Source: an uncultured virus (IMG/VR IMGVR_UViG_3300037400_001251)
Lineage: Duplodnaviria > Heunggongvirae > Uroviricota > Caudoviricetes
Reading direction: 5' to 3' (one strand)
IMG/VR virus record: IMGVR_UViG_3300037400_001251
DNA length: 64,000 bases
The notes under the pieces were generated by a model. The model made no database searches, was not told the DNA's origin, and saw nothing but the letters and a program-made list of their open reading frames with translations. The position numbers and the translations under genes are program-made. Shown here piece after piece: positions 10,188 to 19,653 of the stretch (position 1 is the first letter of the stretch; each line of letters starts with the position of its first letter).

Positions 10188-11762
10188 ATGAAAATCAAGG
10201 TAGAAAAGAAAAGTAATATAACTATATATAATCCGGCAAATGAAGAAGAAGGAATTTCTTTTGTATTACTACAACCAGCTATACAGAATAAGTCAAAGAA
10301 ATTCGTTGAACATCTAAATACCATATTAATTGAAACTAAAGAAGAACAATGGTATTATAACATCTTGTATAAGTTTAAATCTACACAAGATCACGATGTA
10401 GTATATAATGAATTTCTAGATAAAGCATGTGAGATAGCTAGAAGATTTAGTGATATTAAAGATGAGCTTTATCCTACATTTGCTGATAAGAAAAAGAAAA
10501 CTGATAATAGTGTCTTTTTTGAAATTAGTGATATTAAAGAGATATACATGATTAATATCTTGGTTAAATTAATGGTGCCATTTACAGGTACTACATTAGT
10601 AGAAAATGACCAAGAAAGATTAACTAAGATGGCTTTTCAATATGTAATAGAAAAAGAAAAGCTTAATATCATTATAGAAAAGATACATGACTTAGTTAAT
10701 AGAAAACTCTTTAGATGTGTTGGTTTAGATCCTACAGTTTTAAATACAGTTAAGCTTAAATCAACTATGTCTGACCATGATTTCGTATTATATCTTTTTG
10801 ATTATATTATTAGTGCTATATTAGCCATATATGACTTAGAAAGAAATCCTATCACATTTATAGTTACTAGTGTTGATAGTATTATGACTTGGCACTTTAA
10901 AGGATTATATCAAAAGGCAATAGCTTATAAACCAACAGGTGAATTATTTGGTAAGACTATGGGTACTACTAATTTACCTGAAAAGATTATAGCTGGTATG
11001 ATATATGAGTATGTTCAAAAGACTGTTACTATTAGAAATAGAGAATTAGGTATCAGTATAGATGATGGTTATGAAAATATAGATAAGTATTTCTATACAT
11101 TCTTTACGATACCATTCTTTAAAAAGTTATTTGATATTAAAGATACTGATATAGAATACAATAACTTTGAATTAATCAATATACAGCTGTTCCTATATTA
11201 TACATTAAAAGATTTCATGGAAGAAACCAAAGAAGATATATTCCCTAGATTAAATAGGGAAGTAATGGTTAAAGATAAATCTAATACTGAAGAATTTAAA
11301 TTCTTAGAATTATTAAAGAGAGTTCCTGTTGGACAAACCAGTACTTATACATTATTAAAGCAAACTGTTTTTGAAAATAGTGAATTCTTAATAGATGACT
11401 TTACTGGTAATGCTAGAAACAATCATTCTTTACAGTATTCTGGTTTATATAAGATTGAATCATTACCAGAAATATTAACAAGTAATTTTAAATTCTATGG
11501 CATTAATAATATTATGATACTTAATAATTATTTAAAAGGTATAATGAATATTTTAATGAACCTAGTATTTAAGAAAGTATTCACATTTGATTTAACAACT
11601 GTAGATTTCAAATGTAGAAAATATGCTAAAGAATTAGAGCAGGAAATCTATCCAATGTTAATGATCATATTAGATAATAAGTTTGAATGGTATGACCATT
11701 ATAAGGAATGGGTTTTCAAGAAATACTGTAGTGAAAAGGCTACTATAACTAATCAACAATAA
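10188..11762 (+). CDS. possible promoter-specificity (sigma-like) subunit of non-virion RNAP
   Basis: 524-aa helical protein; size and segments such as SVFFEISDIKEIYMINILVKLMVPF and RNPITFIV recall phiKZ gp68/AR9 gp226 from memory; unverified. Confidence 0.35.
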   Translation: MKIKVEKKSNITIYNPANEEEGISFVLLQPAIQNKSKKFVEHLNTILIETKEEQWYYNILYKFKSTQDHDVVYNEFLDKACEIARRFSDIKDELYPTFADKKKKTDNSVFFEISDIKEIYMINILVKLMVPFTGTTLVENDQERLTKMAFQYVIEKEKLNIIIEKIHDLVNRKLFRCVGLDPTVLNTVKLKSTMSDHDFVLYLFDYIISAILAIYDLERNPITFIVTSVDSIMTWHFKGLYQKAIAYKPTGELFGKTMGTTNLPEKIIAGMIYEYVQKTVTIRNRELGISIDDGYENIDKYFYTFFTIPFFKKLFDIKDTDIEYNNFELINIQLFLYYTLKDFMEETKEDIFPRLNREVMVKDKSNTEEFKFLELLKRVPVGQTSTYTLLKQTVFENSEFLIDDFTGNARNNHSLQYSGLYKIESLPEILTSNFKFYGINNIMILNNYLKGIMNILMNLVFKKVFTFDLTTVDFKCRKYAKELEQEIYPMLMIILDNKFEWYDHYKEWVFKKYCSEKATITNQQ

Positions 11763-11784
11763 CTTTGAAAGGACGCAAACACAA

Positions 11785-12954
11785 ATGATTAACAAGACTT
11801 CAAAATACGTTATCTCTTCTAACTTCGTAAAAGTATTCATCGGTAAAGAACAATTCACATTCAAAGAAAAAGATAATATTACTAGTGTTAAGAAACTTAT
11901 TAAAACTGAAGTATTAAAGACATTAGCCAATTCTATGAAAGATGAAGCTTATTACAAGTATATTAAAAATGAAACTAACCTAAAAAGAATGGTTAAGTAC
12001 ATTAGAAAGACTTCAGTAGTTAATGAAGATCTATTTATAGAATTTGTCAATGCTATTAATCTTACAAGTAAAGCTAAACCAAGAGAAACAGCTTTAATAT
12101 TGATAGCTAAGTATATTAAGAATGATGACAAAGAATTAGAATGCGATATTATCGAAGAGTATATTAAATTATTGGCTAAGAAAGAACAATTAATAGAAAA
12201 CTATATTGATTCTGAAGGTTCAGAAGATGAAGATGATGATGGCCATGGCTTTGAATTAGATGAACCTATGGTTGAAGATGAAGAAGAAACTAAGCCAGCT
12301 AAGAAACATTCCACTAAGATGACTAAAGATAAGAACATCGCCATAGATGGTGAAGAATTGAAAGCTGATAAAACTTTAGTAAAGAAACATGTTATGAAAT
12401 GTATTACTAAAGGTGTAACTAAGAAAGCTTATCATAAGTTCTTATCTAAACTTAAAGAAAACCCAAGAAAGTATATCGAAGAAGAATTATATGCTTTCTT
12501 AGAAAGTGGTAATTTCCCTATAGCAGATGATGGTGATTTTTACGCATTTAAGAAAATCACATCTGATTATAAAGATGATAGAACTAGAACAATGGATAAT
12601 CGTCCAGGCAAATATGTAAAGATGAATCGTAAAGATGTCTGCGATGATAGAACTCAAACTTGTTCTAGTGGTTTACATTTTGCCGCTATGGAATATGCCA
12701 AAACCTATAGTGGAGATAAGTTAGTAATTTTAAAAATTAATCCAGAAGATGTTGTCAGTATACCTAATGACTATAATAATCAAAAAGGTAGATGCTGTAA
12801 ATATAAAGTAATCTGTGAATTAACAGATTCTAGCATCCTGGATAATATGACTAATAGAGAATTCTTACGTAAGATACAAGAGATAGAAGCTAAGAATGAT
12901 AAAATCTTAAAGAATAATAAGAATGCTGGTGAAAGAGATTTTATCAAATTCTAA
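11785..12954 (+). CDS. rIIB: RIIB-like protein
   Basis: IADDGDFYAFKKI, MDNRPG, TCSSGLH, NPEDVVSIPNDYNNQKGRCCKY. Confidence 0.85.
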   Translation: MINKTSKYVISSNFVKVFIGKEQFTFKEKDNITSVKKLIKTEVLKTLANSMKDEAYYKYIKNETNLKRMVKYIRKTSVVNEDLFIEFVNAINLTSKAKPRETALILIAKYIKNDDKELECDIIEEYIKLLAKKEQLIENYIDSEGSEDEDDDGHGFELDEPMVEDEEETKPAKKHSTKMTKDKNIAIDGEELKADKTLVKKHVMKCITKGVTKKAYHKFLSKLKENPRKYIEEELYAFLESGNFPIADDGDFYAFKKITSDYKDDRTRTMDNRPGKYVKMNRKDVCDDRTQTCSSGLHFAAMEYAKTYSGDKLVILKINPEDVVSIPNDYNNQKGRCCKYKVICELTDSSILDNMTNREFLRKIQEIEAKNDKILKNNKNAGERDFIKF

Positions 12955-12984
12955 TTAATCTATAATATAAAAGCAATCTTTTTG

Positions 12985-13022
12985 GGCTCTCGGTTATATT
13001 ATATATAATCGGGAGCCTTTTT
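12985..13022 (+). terminator. intrinsic terminator-like hairpin with TATATTATA in the arm/loop
   Basis: ggctctcggttata / tataatcgggagcc stem with 2 G-U pairs, followed by a T-tract. Confidence 0.65.
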
Positions 13023-13049
13023 AACACGTGAAAGGAAACTAAACTAATA

Positions 13050-14531
13050 ATGACTGAAATGCAAAACATACTTAAATGTTTATCTGATATATATAATACT
13101 AGTGGTAGAAAAGATAAAGAAACACTATTATCTAAATTTAAAGATAATGATAATATGAAAAGATTACTTATCAATTCTATGAGTAGTAGTATTGTTATAG
13201 GCATATCTGAAAAGACATTTGAAAAAGTCATAGGTAAGAACGAAATGTATTATAAACCTATTGATGAAAAAGCTTTATGGGATAGTGATGTATATGTCAC
13301 AGATATAGATTATAATCATTTCATTAAATGTTGTGAATTTATAGATGAGCAAAATAAGTTAGAAAAACCTACTGCTAGTAATGAAGTTATATCTAGATTA
13401 ATAGGGTTATTTAATAATATTTCTCCAATAGAAAGATATTGGTACTATAGAATGTTCATAGGTAATCTTAATATTGGTGTTGGTCCTAAATCTGTTAATA
13501 AGATATTTGGTCCTATTATTGAGCAATATACACCTATGTTAGCTGATAGTGGTATAGAAAAATTTGATAAATGGGCATTCGATAATAACCAACAAGAATA
13601 TTATGTCGATACTAAAATAGATGGCTTGAGATTAACTATATTCTTTAAGCCTGATACTATATCTGTAAAAACTAGAGCAGGAAAAACATTTTATCCATTA
13701 GAAGTTTACTTTAAAGAAAATCTTTTAGATGACCCATATCTACAACATACAATTAAAGCATTACACCCTATATTTAAAAATGAATGTAATGATGATGAAT
13801 TAGGCTTTGCTATTGATTGCGAAGTATTAGATAAAGATGGCACTTGGGAATCTACTATAAGTTTAGTTAATGTAGATGATGATAGTGTTACTTACTATGA
13901 TGATATGAGTTGTGAAGAATTACCTAAGTTTATATTGAAATGTTTTGACTTAGTTAATCTTAGTCCATTTAAGCCTGAGAATTTCAATAAGCAAGTTACT
14001 ACGTTACCTTATTATAGACGTAGAGAATTATTAGACAACTTTATAGATAATATCTATAGTAGTTATTGCTGTTGGAATTTCTTTAGTAAAACTCATTTAG
14101 AAAAAGTTAATACCTTAGAAGAAGTTCAAATGGTAGCTCAAAGATATATAGATGCTGGATATGAAGGAGCTGTAGTAAAGCATCCTACTCATCAATATAT
14201 TTGTGATAGAAAGAATGTTTGGTTAAAGATAAAAGATATTCAAACATTTGATGGTATTATTACTGATGTATTACCAGGTGAAGCTAGTGGTAAATATAAT
14301 AGCATGGCCTCTAAATTATTAGTTAAAGTTAATATGAAAGGCCAAGAAATTATAGGTACTATTGGTACTGGCTTTAAAGATGAAGATAGAAAATACCTAT
14401 GGGATAATAAGAATGAAGTTATAGGTAAGGTAGTTGAGTTTACAGTATTATCTAAAACCGTAAATGATAACTTTAGATCTGGTGTCTTTAAAGGATTAAG
14501 AGTAGATAAGGTAACTAACGATAATGCTTAA
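13050..14531 (+). CDS. ATP-dependent DNA ligase
   Basis: KIDGLR, IDCE, FDL, EGAVVK, WLKIK, OB-fold GTGF. Confidence 0.9.
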   Translation: MTEMQNILKCLSDIYNTSGRKDKETLLSKFKDNDNMKRLLINSMSSSIVIGISEKTFEKVIGKNEMYYKPIDEKALWDSDVYVTDIDYNHFIKCCEFIDEQNKLEKPTASNEVISRLIGLFNNISPIERYWYYRMFIGNLNIGVGPKSVNKIFGPIIEQYTPMLADSGIEKFDKWAFDNNQQEYYVDTKIDGLRLTIFFKPDTISVKTRAGKTFYPLEVYFKENLLDDPYLQHTIKALHPIFKNECNDDELGFAIDCEVLDKDGTWESTISLVNVDDDSVTYYDDMSCEELPKFILKCFDLVNLSPFKPENFNKQVTTLPYYRRRELLDNFIDNIYSSYCCWNFFSKTHLEKVNTLEEVQMVAQRYIDAGYEGAVVKHPTHQYICDRKNVWLKIKDIQTFDGIITDVLPGEASGKYNSMASKLLVKVNMKGQEIIGTIGTGFKDEDRKYLWDNKNEVIGKVVEFTVLSKTVNDNFRSGVFKGLRVDKVTNDNA

Positions 14532-14748
14532 CGAGACACCTAAATGGAAAGAGTTATTATTGACTAATGATATAGATATCTTAATAACTGTGGTATCTAA
14601 TAATCAGGTTTACTTTAAAGCAAAGACTATGGGATCTGTAGATAAAGTTAAATTAGAAAATAACACTGAATTTAATTTAACTGAATTTGTAGATAACTTA
14701 GACTATCAAGATTTCAGAGGATTAATATCTATAGAAGAATTGCATTAA
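14524..14748 (+). CDS. hypothetical protein
   Basis: 74-aa ORF overlapping the ligase stop. Confidence 0.45.
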   Translation: MLNETPKWKELLLTNDIDILITVVSNNQVYFKAKTMGSVDKVKLENNTEFNLTEFVDNLDYQDFRGLISIEELH

Positions 14749-14761
14749 GCTTTGAAAGGAG

Positions 14762-15322
14762 GTGAACTATATGCTATTAGATATAGGTGATATTCCCCTA
14801 TTAAGATTATATAATATCTGGAATAATCTACGTAAAGATATGTTATCAGATACGCAACTTGCAATGAAATCTAATTTACTTACATGCAGTATATTAAAAG
14901 AATTAGATTTCGTAATTACACCAATAGACTTCAGTGTATTTAATGCACCTAAATTTAGAGTAGCTGCAATCAGTTCTAAAACTGTTTATACACTATATGT
15001 GACACAATATAAGGTAGGCACTATATACGTAGATACTAACGATGGTTGTACACAGATGGATATGAAAGATAGCAATTTATATCATTCATATAATCTAGAA
15101 TTATGTACTATCTATATAGATGACTTACTAGATATACTGAAACCATATCTTAAACCTGAAGAAAAGACTATAGAGTTCAAGCAGAAATTATATGATAAAG
15201 CTAAAGAAGTCTTTGGTGAAGATTATGATACTATAGTAGGTTTAGATAAACTATATAATCAAATAGAAAAGCTAATTAAAACAGATGAGAAATTAAAGAA
15301 GCTTACTGAGAAAGGACATTAA
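14762..15322 (+). CDS. hypothetical protein
   Basis: ORF after TTTGAAAGGAGG. Confidence 0.6.
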   Translation: MNYMLLDIGDIPLLRLYNIWNNLRKDMLSDTQLAMKSNLLTCSILKELDFVITPIDFSVFNAPKFRVAAISSKTVYTLYVTQYKVGTIYVDTNDGCTQMDMKDSNLYHSYNLELCTIYIDDLLDILKPYLKPEEKTIEFKQKLYDKAKEVFGEDYDTIVGLDKLYNQIEKLIKTDEKLKKLTEKGH

Positions 15323-15324
15323 AC

Positions 15325-15588
15325 ATGAATAGGACTTATCCTAATTTAGAAAAAGCTGAAAAGAGTATTCCATTTAGAAATACTTTTGATGATGTACTAA
15401 AATATCTAGATACTAAGTTCGGTTATATCGTAGTGTCTAGAAAATCTATTGGTAACCATCCTGTCGAAACACTTACTGATGATAAGATGCACGAGGTGTT
15501 AGATGATTACTTTGAAATAGACCGAAAAGCTGCAGAAAAAGAAGCTAACGAAATGTATCAAAGGATTCTGTTCAAAGGACAGGAGTAA
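15325..15588 (+). CDS. hypothetical protein
   Basis: 87-aa ORF, GAAAGGA RBS. Confidence 0.6.
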   Translation: MNRTYPNLEKAEKSIPFRNTFDDVLKYLDTKFGYIVVSRKSIGNHPVETLTDDKMHEVLDDYFEIDRKAAEKEANEMYQRILFKGQE

Positions 15589-15593
15589 ATCTA

Positions 15594-16208
15594 ATGGACG
15601 AACAATATGAAAAAGATAGATACTCTGATATATTATACCATCTATTACCTAAACTAGAAAGAGAAGCTAGATTTAATTTAGCTAACATTTTAGATAGGTA
15701 TGCTTTAGAAGTTATTATCAATACATATCTAAAAGAAAAGTGTTATAGAATTAGTCAGGATTCTATATATGTAGATAGTAGTAATATCTTAATAGATTTT
15801 ACTAGAGATAATGATGGTAAAAGAGTTTATCATTTTAAATCTGCTAAGCATAGTTCTGGTACTCTTGAACCTGGTTCTACCATGTCTACGACACATCTAT
15901 TAGACGATTTAGGCATCATTGAAATAGATAATAATTTCATATTAAGATTAATTACTATGTTCATACCAGATTTTAATATAGCTAATGAAGATAATCGTAA
16001 TATGAAGTTTATGCTATCTGTTGAAAGATATATAGATAGTGAAAGTGATAATGCCTTTAGAACCTTAAGAATGTGCCATGATGTTCATTGTTTTGCTTTT
16101 GCTAAACTAAAGACTATCTATAACATAGAAAGATTATCTAGAAAGGACAAAGAAGATGGAAAAGAAGAAGAAACTAAAATTAGAGTCGTTAAAAATAGAC
16201 CTTACTAA
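15594..16208 (+). CDS. hypothetical protein (putative diverged family)
   Basis: IEIDNNFILRLI motif shared with neighbours. Confidence 0.6.
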   Translation: MDEQYEKDRYSDILYHLLPKLEREARFNLANILDRYALEVIINTYLKEKCYRISQDSIYVDSSNILIDFTRDNDGKRVYHFKSAKHSSGTLEPGSTMSTTHLLDDLGIIEIDNNFILRLITMFIPDFNIANEDNRNMKFMLSVERYIDSESDNAFRTLRMCHDVHCFAFAKLKTIYNIERLSRKDKEDGKEEETKIRVVKNRPY

Positions 16209-16665
16209 ATTAGAGACATCTATATTAATTAATACCATATTCGTTAATAATATGATAAATAAGAATAGTTTATGCAATGCTTATGTATTAGCTATGTCTA
16301 AGATATTTAGAAAACTATTACCTAATACTATAGATGTATTTGAATTTAAGAACAATCCAGCTACTCAATATTCTCAGATTTTTATAGATAAGTCTAGATT
16401 CATTATATGGGTAGATGATAAGACTATATCTGTATTTGATAGAGATTGTAATGAAAAAGAATCCATAGATATTCCTAGTGCATCTGATGCTTATATCTGT
16501 GTAGTGATAAATAGAATCTTAAAGTATTTTAATTCAGATACAGATATAGAAGATATCTTAGATATGTTATTACATGAACTAACATTTGATGAAGCTTATA
16601 TTAGATATAATGCTTTAGAAAGTGCTAGAGTTAAATTAGATAAGGCTTACAATGAAAAGGTATAA
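16156..16665 (+). CDS. hypothetical protein
   Basis: 169-aa ORF, GAAAGGA RBS. Confidence 0.6.
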   Translation: MEKKKKLKLESLKIDLTKLETSILINTIFVNNMINKNSLCNAYVLAMSKIFRKLLPNTIDVFEFKNNPATQYSQIFIDKSRFIIWVDDKTISVFDRDCNEKESIDIPSASDAYICVVINRILKYFNSDTDIEDILDMLLHELTFDEAYIRYNALESARVKLDKAYNEKV

Positions 16666-17707
16666 TATTGAATGGTATTATAATGATGTATATAACTTAA
16701 AGAATAGTCTATATAATATAAGAATGAATATCATTAAGCTTAATAGGCAATTTAACCATAATTTTCTAAAGAAGAGTAGATTTATAAATACTCCTTTTGA
16801 AGATTACTTCTTAGTTGATAATTATGGTAATCTATATAATAGAAAAGCACCTGATTCACATAAAGCGCTAACTCAAATAGAATCATATCTATTTGATAAT
16901 AGTGAAGCTAGTAAGTTTACTGGTGGCCCTTTGATATGTAGAAGGGATATGTTAATACATGCTTTGAAATATATAGAAGATAATCCAACTGAAGAAGAGC
17001 TTAATACTATGCGAATATGGTTAAATAATGACCATTATCTACATACGTTATGTGGAACTGCTTTACACCCATTACTTGTAAAGATAAGTGAATTTATACC
17101 ATTAGTAGATAAGTCATTAGAAACCCATGATAAGATAAGAGAAATAGTAAAACCTAAAACTGAAAGAGATTATGATAAAGTTCCTTTTAATTATATAGAT
17201 ACTTTAATTATTATAAGAAACTTTATGGTAATGTACTTTCATGAAATAAGTTTTATGGAAAAGTTAGTTCATGAAATATTATCCACTTATGTTAAAAAGA
17301 AATTCTTAGATGATGAAGTTGTATTACAATATGATAAACATAACTATAAACATGATATTAAAGTAGCACCAGATAAGTTATTAGCTAATGATATATTAAT
17401 TAATTTAAAGACTAGAGATTATATTAGATTCTATAATTATTATACATATAGTTCAGATAGATTAATTATTATAGAAGCTGATGTAGAAACTAATGATGGT
17501 ATTATTGATACTATTGAACTAGATGATAATTTTATATCAAATATGATAATGAATCTAGATAGGATATATAATAAGGCTAGAGAAAATGATAAGCATTATT
17601 ATAATACGTTATATTTAGATCTATTTGATAATGAATTATTATTCCAAATATTACAAGATTACATGATAATAGAAAGGACAATCAAAGATGAATCAGAAAA
17701 CATATGA
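16652..17707 (+). CDS. hypothetical protein (putative diverged family)
   Basis: IELDDNFISNMI motif. Confidence 0.6.
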   Translation: MKRYNIEWYYNDVYNLKNSLYNIRMNIIKLNRQFNHNFLKKSRFINTPFEDYFLVDNYGNLYNRKAPDSHKALTQIESYLFDNSEASKFTGGPLICRRDMLIHALKYIEDNPTEEELNTMRIWLNNDHYLHTLCGTALHPLLVKISEFIPLVDKSLETHDKIREIVKPKTERDYDKVPFNYIDTLIIIRNFMVMYFHEISFMEKLVHEILSTYVKKKFLDDEVVLQYDKHNYKHDIKVAPDKLLANDILINLKTRDYIRFYNYYTYSSDRLIIIEADVETNDGIIDTIELDDNFISNMIMNLDRIYNKARENDKHYYNTLYLDLFDNELLFQILQDYMIIERTIKDESENI

Positions 17708-18269
17708 ACTTCCAAATGTACTTAATGTAAAGAAAGAACAGTTACTTAAAATAGTTATGTCATTCTTAAATGACTATGAAAACATTTTTAATGTTAATTT
17801 AATGACACCAGAGTCATTTATAAGAATGATGAAAGATATCTTAAATTATGATAATGACGTAGTATTCTATAGTCAGCATAGATTTGGAGTACAAAACTTA
17901 GTTACCTATAATGTTACATATACTGCAGATAACATTATATCTGTATCTGGTGAAAGTAGTAGTATTCAGTTCCCAGTTATTAGAGTACATAGAATCTGGG
18001 TTAATAATGAATATAAAGATGTCTTTCCAGATGAAAGAACTTTCTGTATAGTAGATAATACCATTTTAAAGAATATCTGTAGTCTATTTCTTATTAAAGG
18101 GCATGATGTTATAAATGAAGAAAATGGTAAGATTACAGAAAAATCTATACTAGAAAGATATCTTGATGGTGACCATCTTAAAGCTATAGAAAAATTTACT
18201 TGTGTAGTAGAACTACTTAATATATGTGAATCTCAAAAGAAAATAGAAAAGCTTAGTGGTCAAGATTAA
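17688..18269 (+). CDS. hypothetical protein (putative diverged family)
   Basis: IVDNTILKNIC motif; GAAAGGA RBS. Confidence 0.6.
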   Translation: MNQKTYELPNVLNVKKEQLLKIVMSFLNDYENIFNVNLMTPESFIRMMKDILNYDNDVVFYSQHRFGVQNLVTYNVTYTADNIISVSGESSSIQFPVIRVHRIWVNNEYKDVFPDERTFCIVDNTILKNICSLFLIKGHDVINEENGKITEKSILERYLDGDHLKAIEKFTCVVELLNICESQKKIEKLSGQD

Positions 18270-18284
18270 TCAAAAGTAACACTC

Positions 18285-18342
18285 CTCCTTTCTATCAAAG
18301 AAATACTATTGATTTTAAATTATCTTCAATGATAGAAAGGAG
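18285..18342 (+). promoter_or_regulatory. RBS-sequestering hairpin upstream of RNAP beta'-N (copy 1)
   Basis: Perfect 13-bp inverted repeat ctcctttctatca (18285-18297) / tgatagaaaggag (18330-18342) covering the SD. Confidence 0.7.
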
Positions 18343-18350
18343 AGCTATAT

Positions 18351-19571
18351 ATGCCGATAGTAACTTTAATGGATGTTGATAAGTTTGTAGATCCTAAAAA
18401 AGAAGTTACTTCTGCTAATGTATTAACGACTAAAGGTAAGTTTGACAATAATGGCTTATTTAGTGAAACTATCTTTGGTTTAAATAATAGTAAAGATAGA
18501 AGTAAAACTTATGGATATATAAGCTTACATACTAAGATATTACACCCATTCATGTATGAGGTATATAAGAAAATTGAAGAAAAGATTATCTTGTTAATTG
18601 AAGGTAATACTATGTATTATAATGAACAAGATAAATTATTATTTAAAGAACAAGATAAAAATAATTCTTTAAAAGAAATAAGTGGCTTCGATGGAGCTAT
18701 GTATGCTATACATAATGGTGTAAACTATAGAGGCGATACTGATGTAAGATATAAGATAATAGAAAAACTTCAAGAAAACTTAGATAATGGATTAGCCTTT
18801 ATAGATAAAGTAATTGTTATTCCTCCATCTTATAGACCTGTTCAATTAAGTGACCAAGGTGAATTAGTAAGTATGGATGACTTGAATACGTTATATATAC
18901 AATTAATTAATGAAACTAAAAAGATTCAAATGATTAATAGTAATAATGATGATACAGGTCAAATGAGTGACAATGCTTTAATTAGAAGACAAATTCAATA
19001 TCTAGTAAATGAAATATACCTAATAGGTAAAACTAAACCAGCTAAAAAGTTTGGTTCTATTAGAGGACAACTATTAGGTAAAAGAGTTGACTTCTCTGCC
19101 AGATCTGCAATTACAGCTGGGTATGATGTACCTGCTGGTTCTTTAGGTGTACCATATAGAATTATAGCTAATATCTCTCAACCATTATTAATTCATTATT
19201 TCTGTAAACAACTTGTTCAAGATAGTCCTGATTATAATAAGTTAATGGATAATCTTGAAAAGAATGAATTTGATAAAAGTAATAATGTCCTAGTTATTAC
19301 TAATTGGTTAAAAGATATAGCTGAGAATAAGTGTAAATTAGATAAAGATGAAGTAACTTGGATTAAAGAAAAATTCCAAGAAGCTTTAGGTGATAATATG
19401 GTACTAATGAAAAGAGACCCGGCTATACATAAAGGAAGCTGGCAAAGTTTTCATCCTATAGTTTGTGATGGTAATACGATGAGAGTACCCATTACTAGGA
19501 CAGGTTTTTTTAACGCAGATTTTGATGGCGATTCCGTATTATGTAAGATAAGAGTTAGAATTTCTGATTAA
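18351..19571 (+). CDS. rpoC: RNA polymerase beta' N-terminal half, copy 1 (probably virion RNAP), ending in a 12-aa split-intein N-fragment
   Basis: GLFSETIFG, VIPPSYRP, LLGKRVDFSARS, RDPAIH, NADFDGD, then SVLCKIRVRISD*; no N-terminal Zn-binding Cys motif. Confidence 0.9.
   Translation: MPIVTLMDVDKFVDPKKEVTSANVLTTKGKFDNNGLFSETIFGLNNSKDRSKTYGYISLHTKILHPFMYEVYKKIEEKIILLIEGNTMYYNEQDKLLFKEQDKNNSLKEISGFDGAMYAIHNGVNYRGDTDVRYKIIEKLQENLDNGLAFIDKVIVIPPSYRPVQLSDQGELVSMDDLNTLYIQLINETKKIQMINSNNDDTGQMSDNALIRRQIQYLVNEIYLIGKTKPAKKFGSIRGQLLGKRVDFSARSAITAGYDVPAGSLGVPYRIIANISQPLLIHYFCKQLVQDSPDYNKLMDNLEKNEFDKSNNVLVITNWLKDIAENKCKLDKDEVTWIKEKFQEALGDNMVLMKRDPAIHKGSWQSFHPIVCDGNTMRVPITRTGFFNADFDGDSVLCKIRVRISD
19533..19568 (+). 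mobile_element. split intein N-fragment IntN1 (12 aa, Ser1)
   Basis: SVLCKIRVRISD directly after NADFDGD; complements the intein lacking block A at 23521. Confidence 0.75.
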
Positions 19572-19576
19572 AAGAT

Positions 19577-19620
19577 AAGCCTAGGTAAAATCTATTTAAG
19601 ATTATATGCCTAGGCTTTAT
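19577..19620 (+). terminator. hairpin/terminator after beta'-N copy 1
   Basis: aagcctaggta / tgcctaggctt inverted repeat followed by T-rich tract. Confidence 0.6.
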
Positions 19621-19653
19621 CTATCTCAACTTTGAAAGGACAACAAGAAATGT

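Noticed and set aside
19572..19653. A second intron extending IntN1
   Set aside because: Only about 80 nt holding one hairpin and an RBS; no group I core; IntC1 already supplies the missing residues
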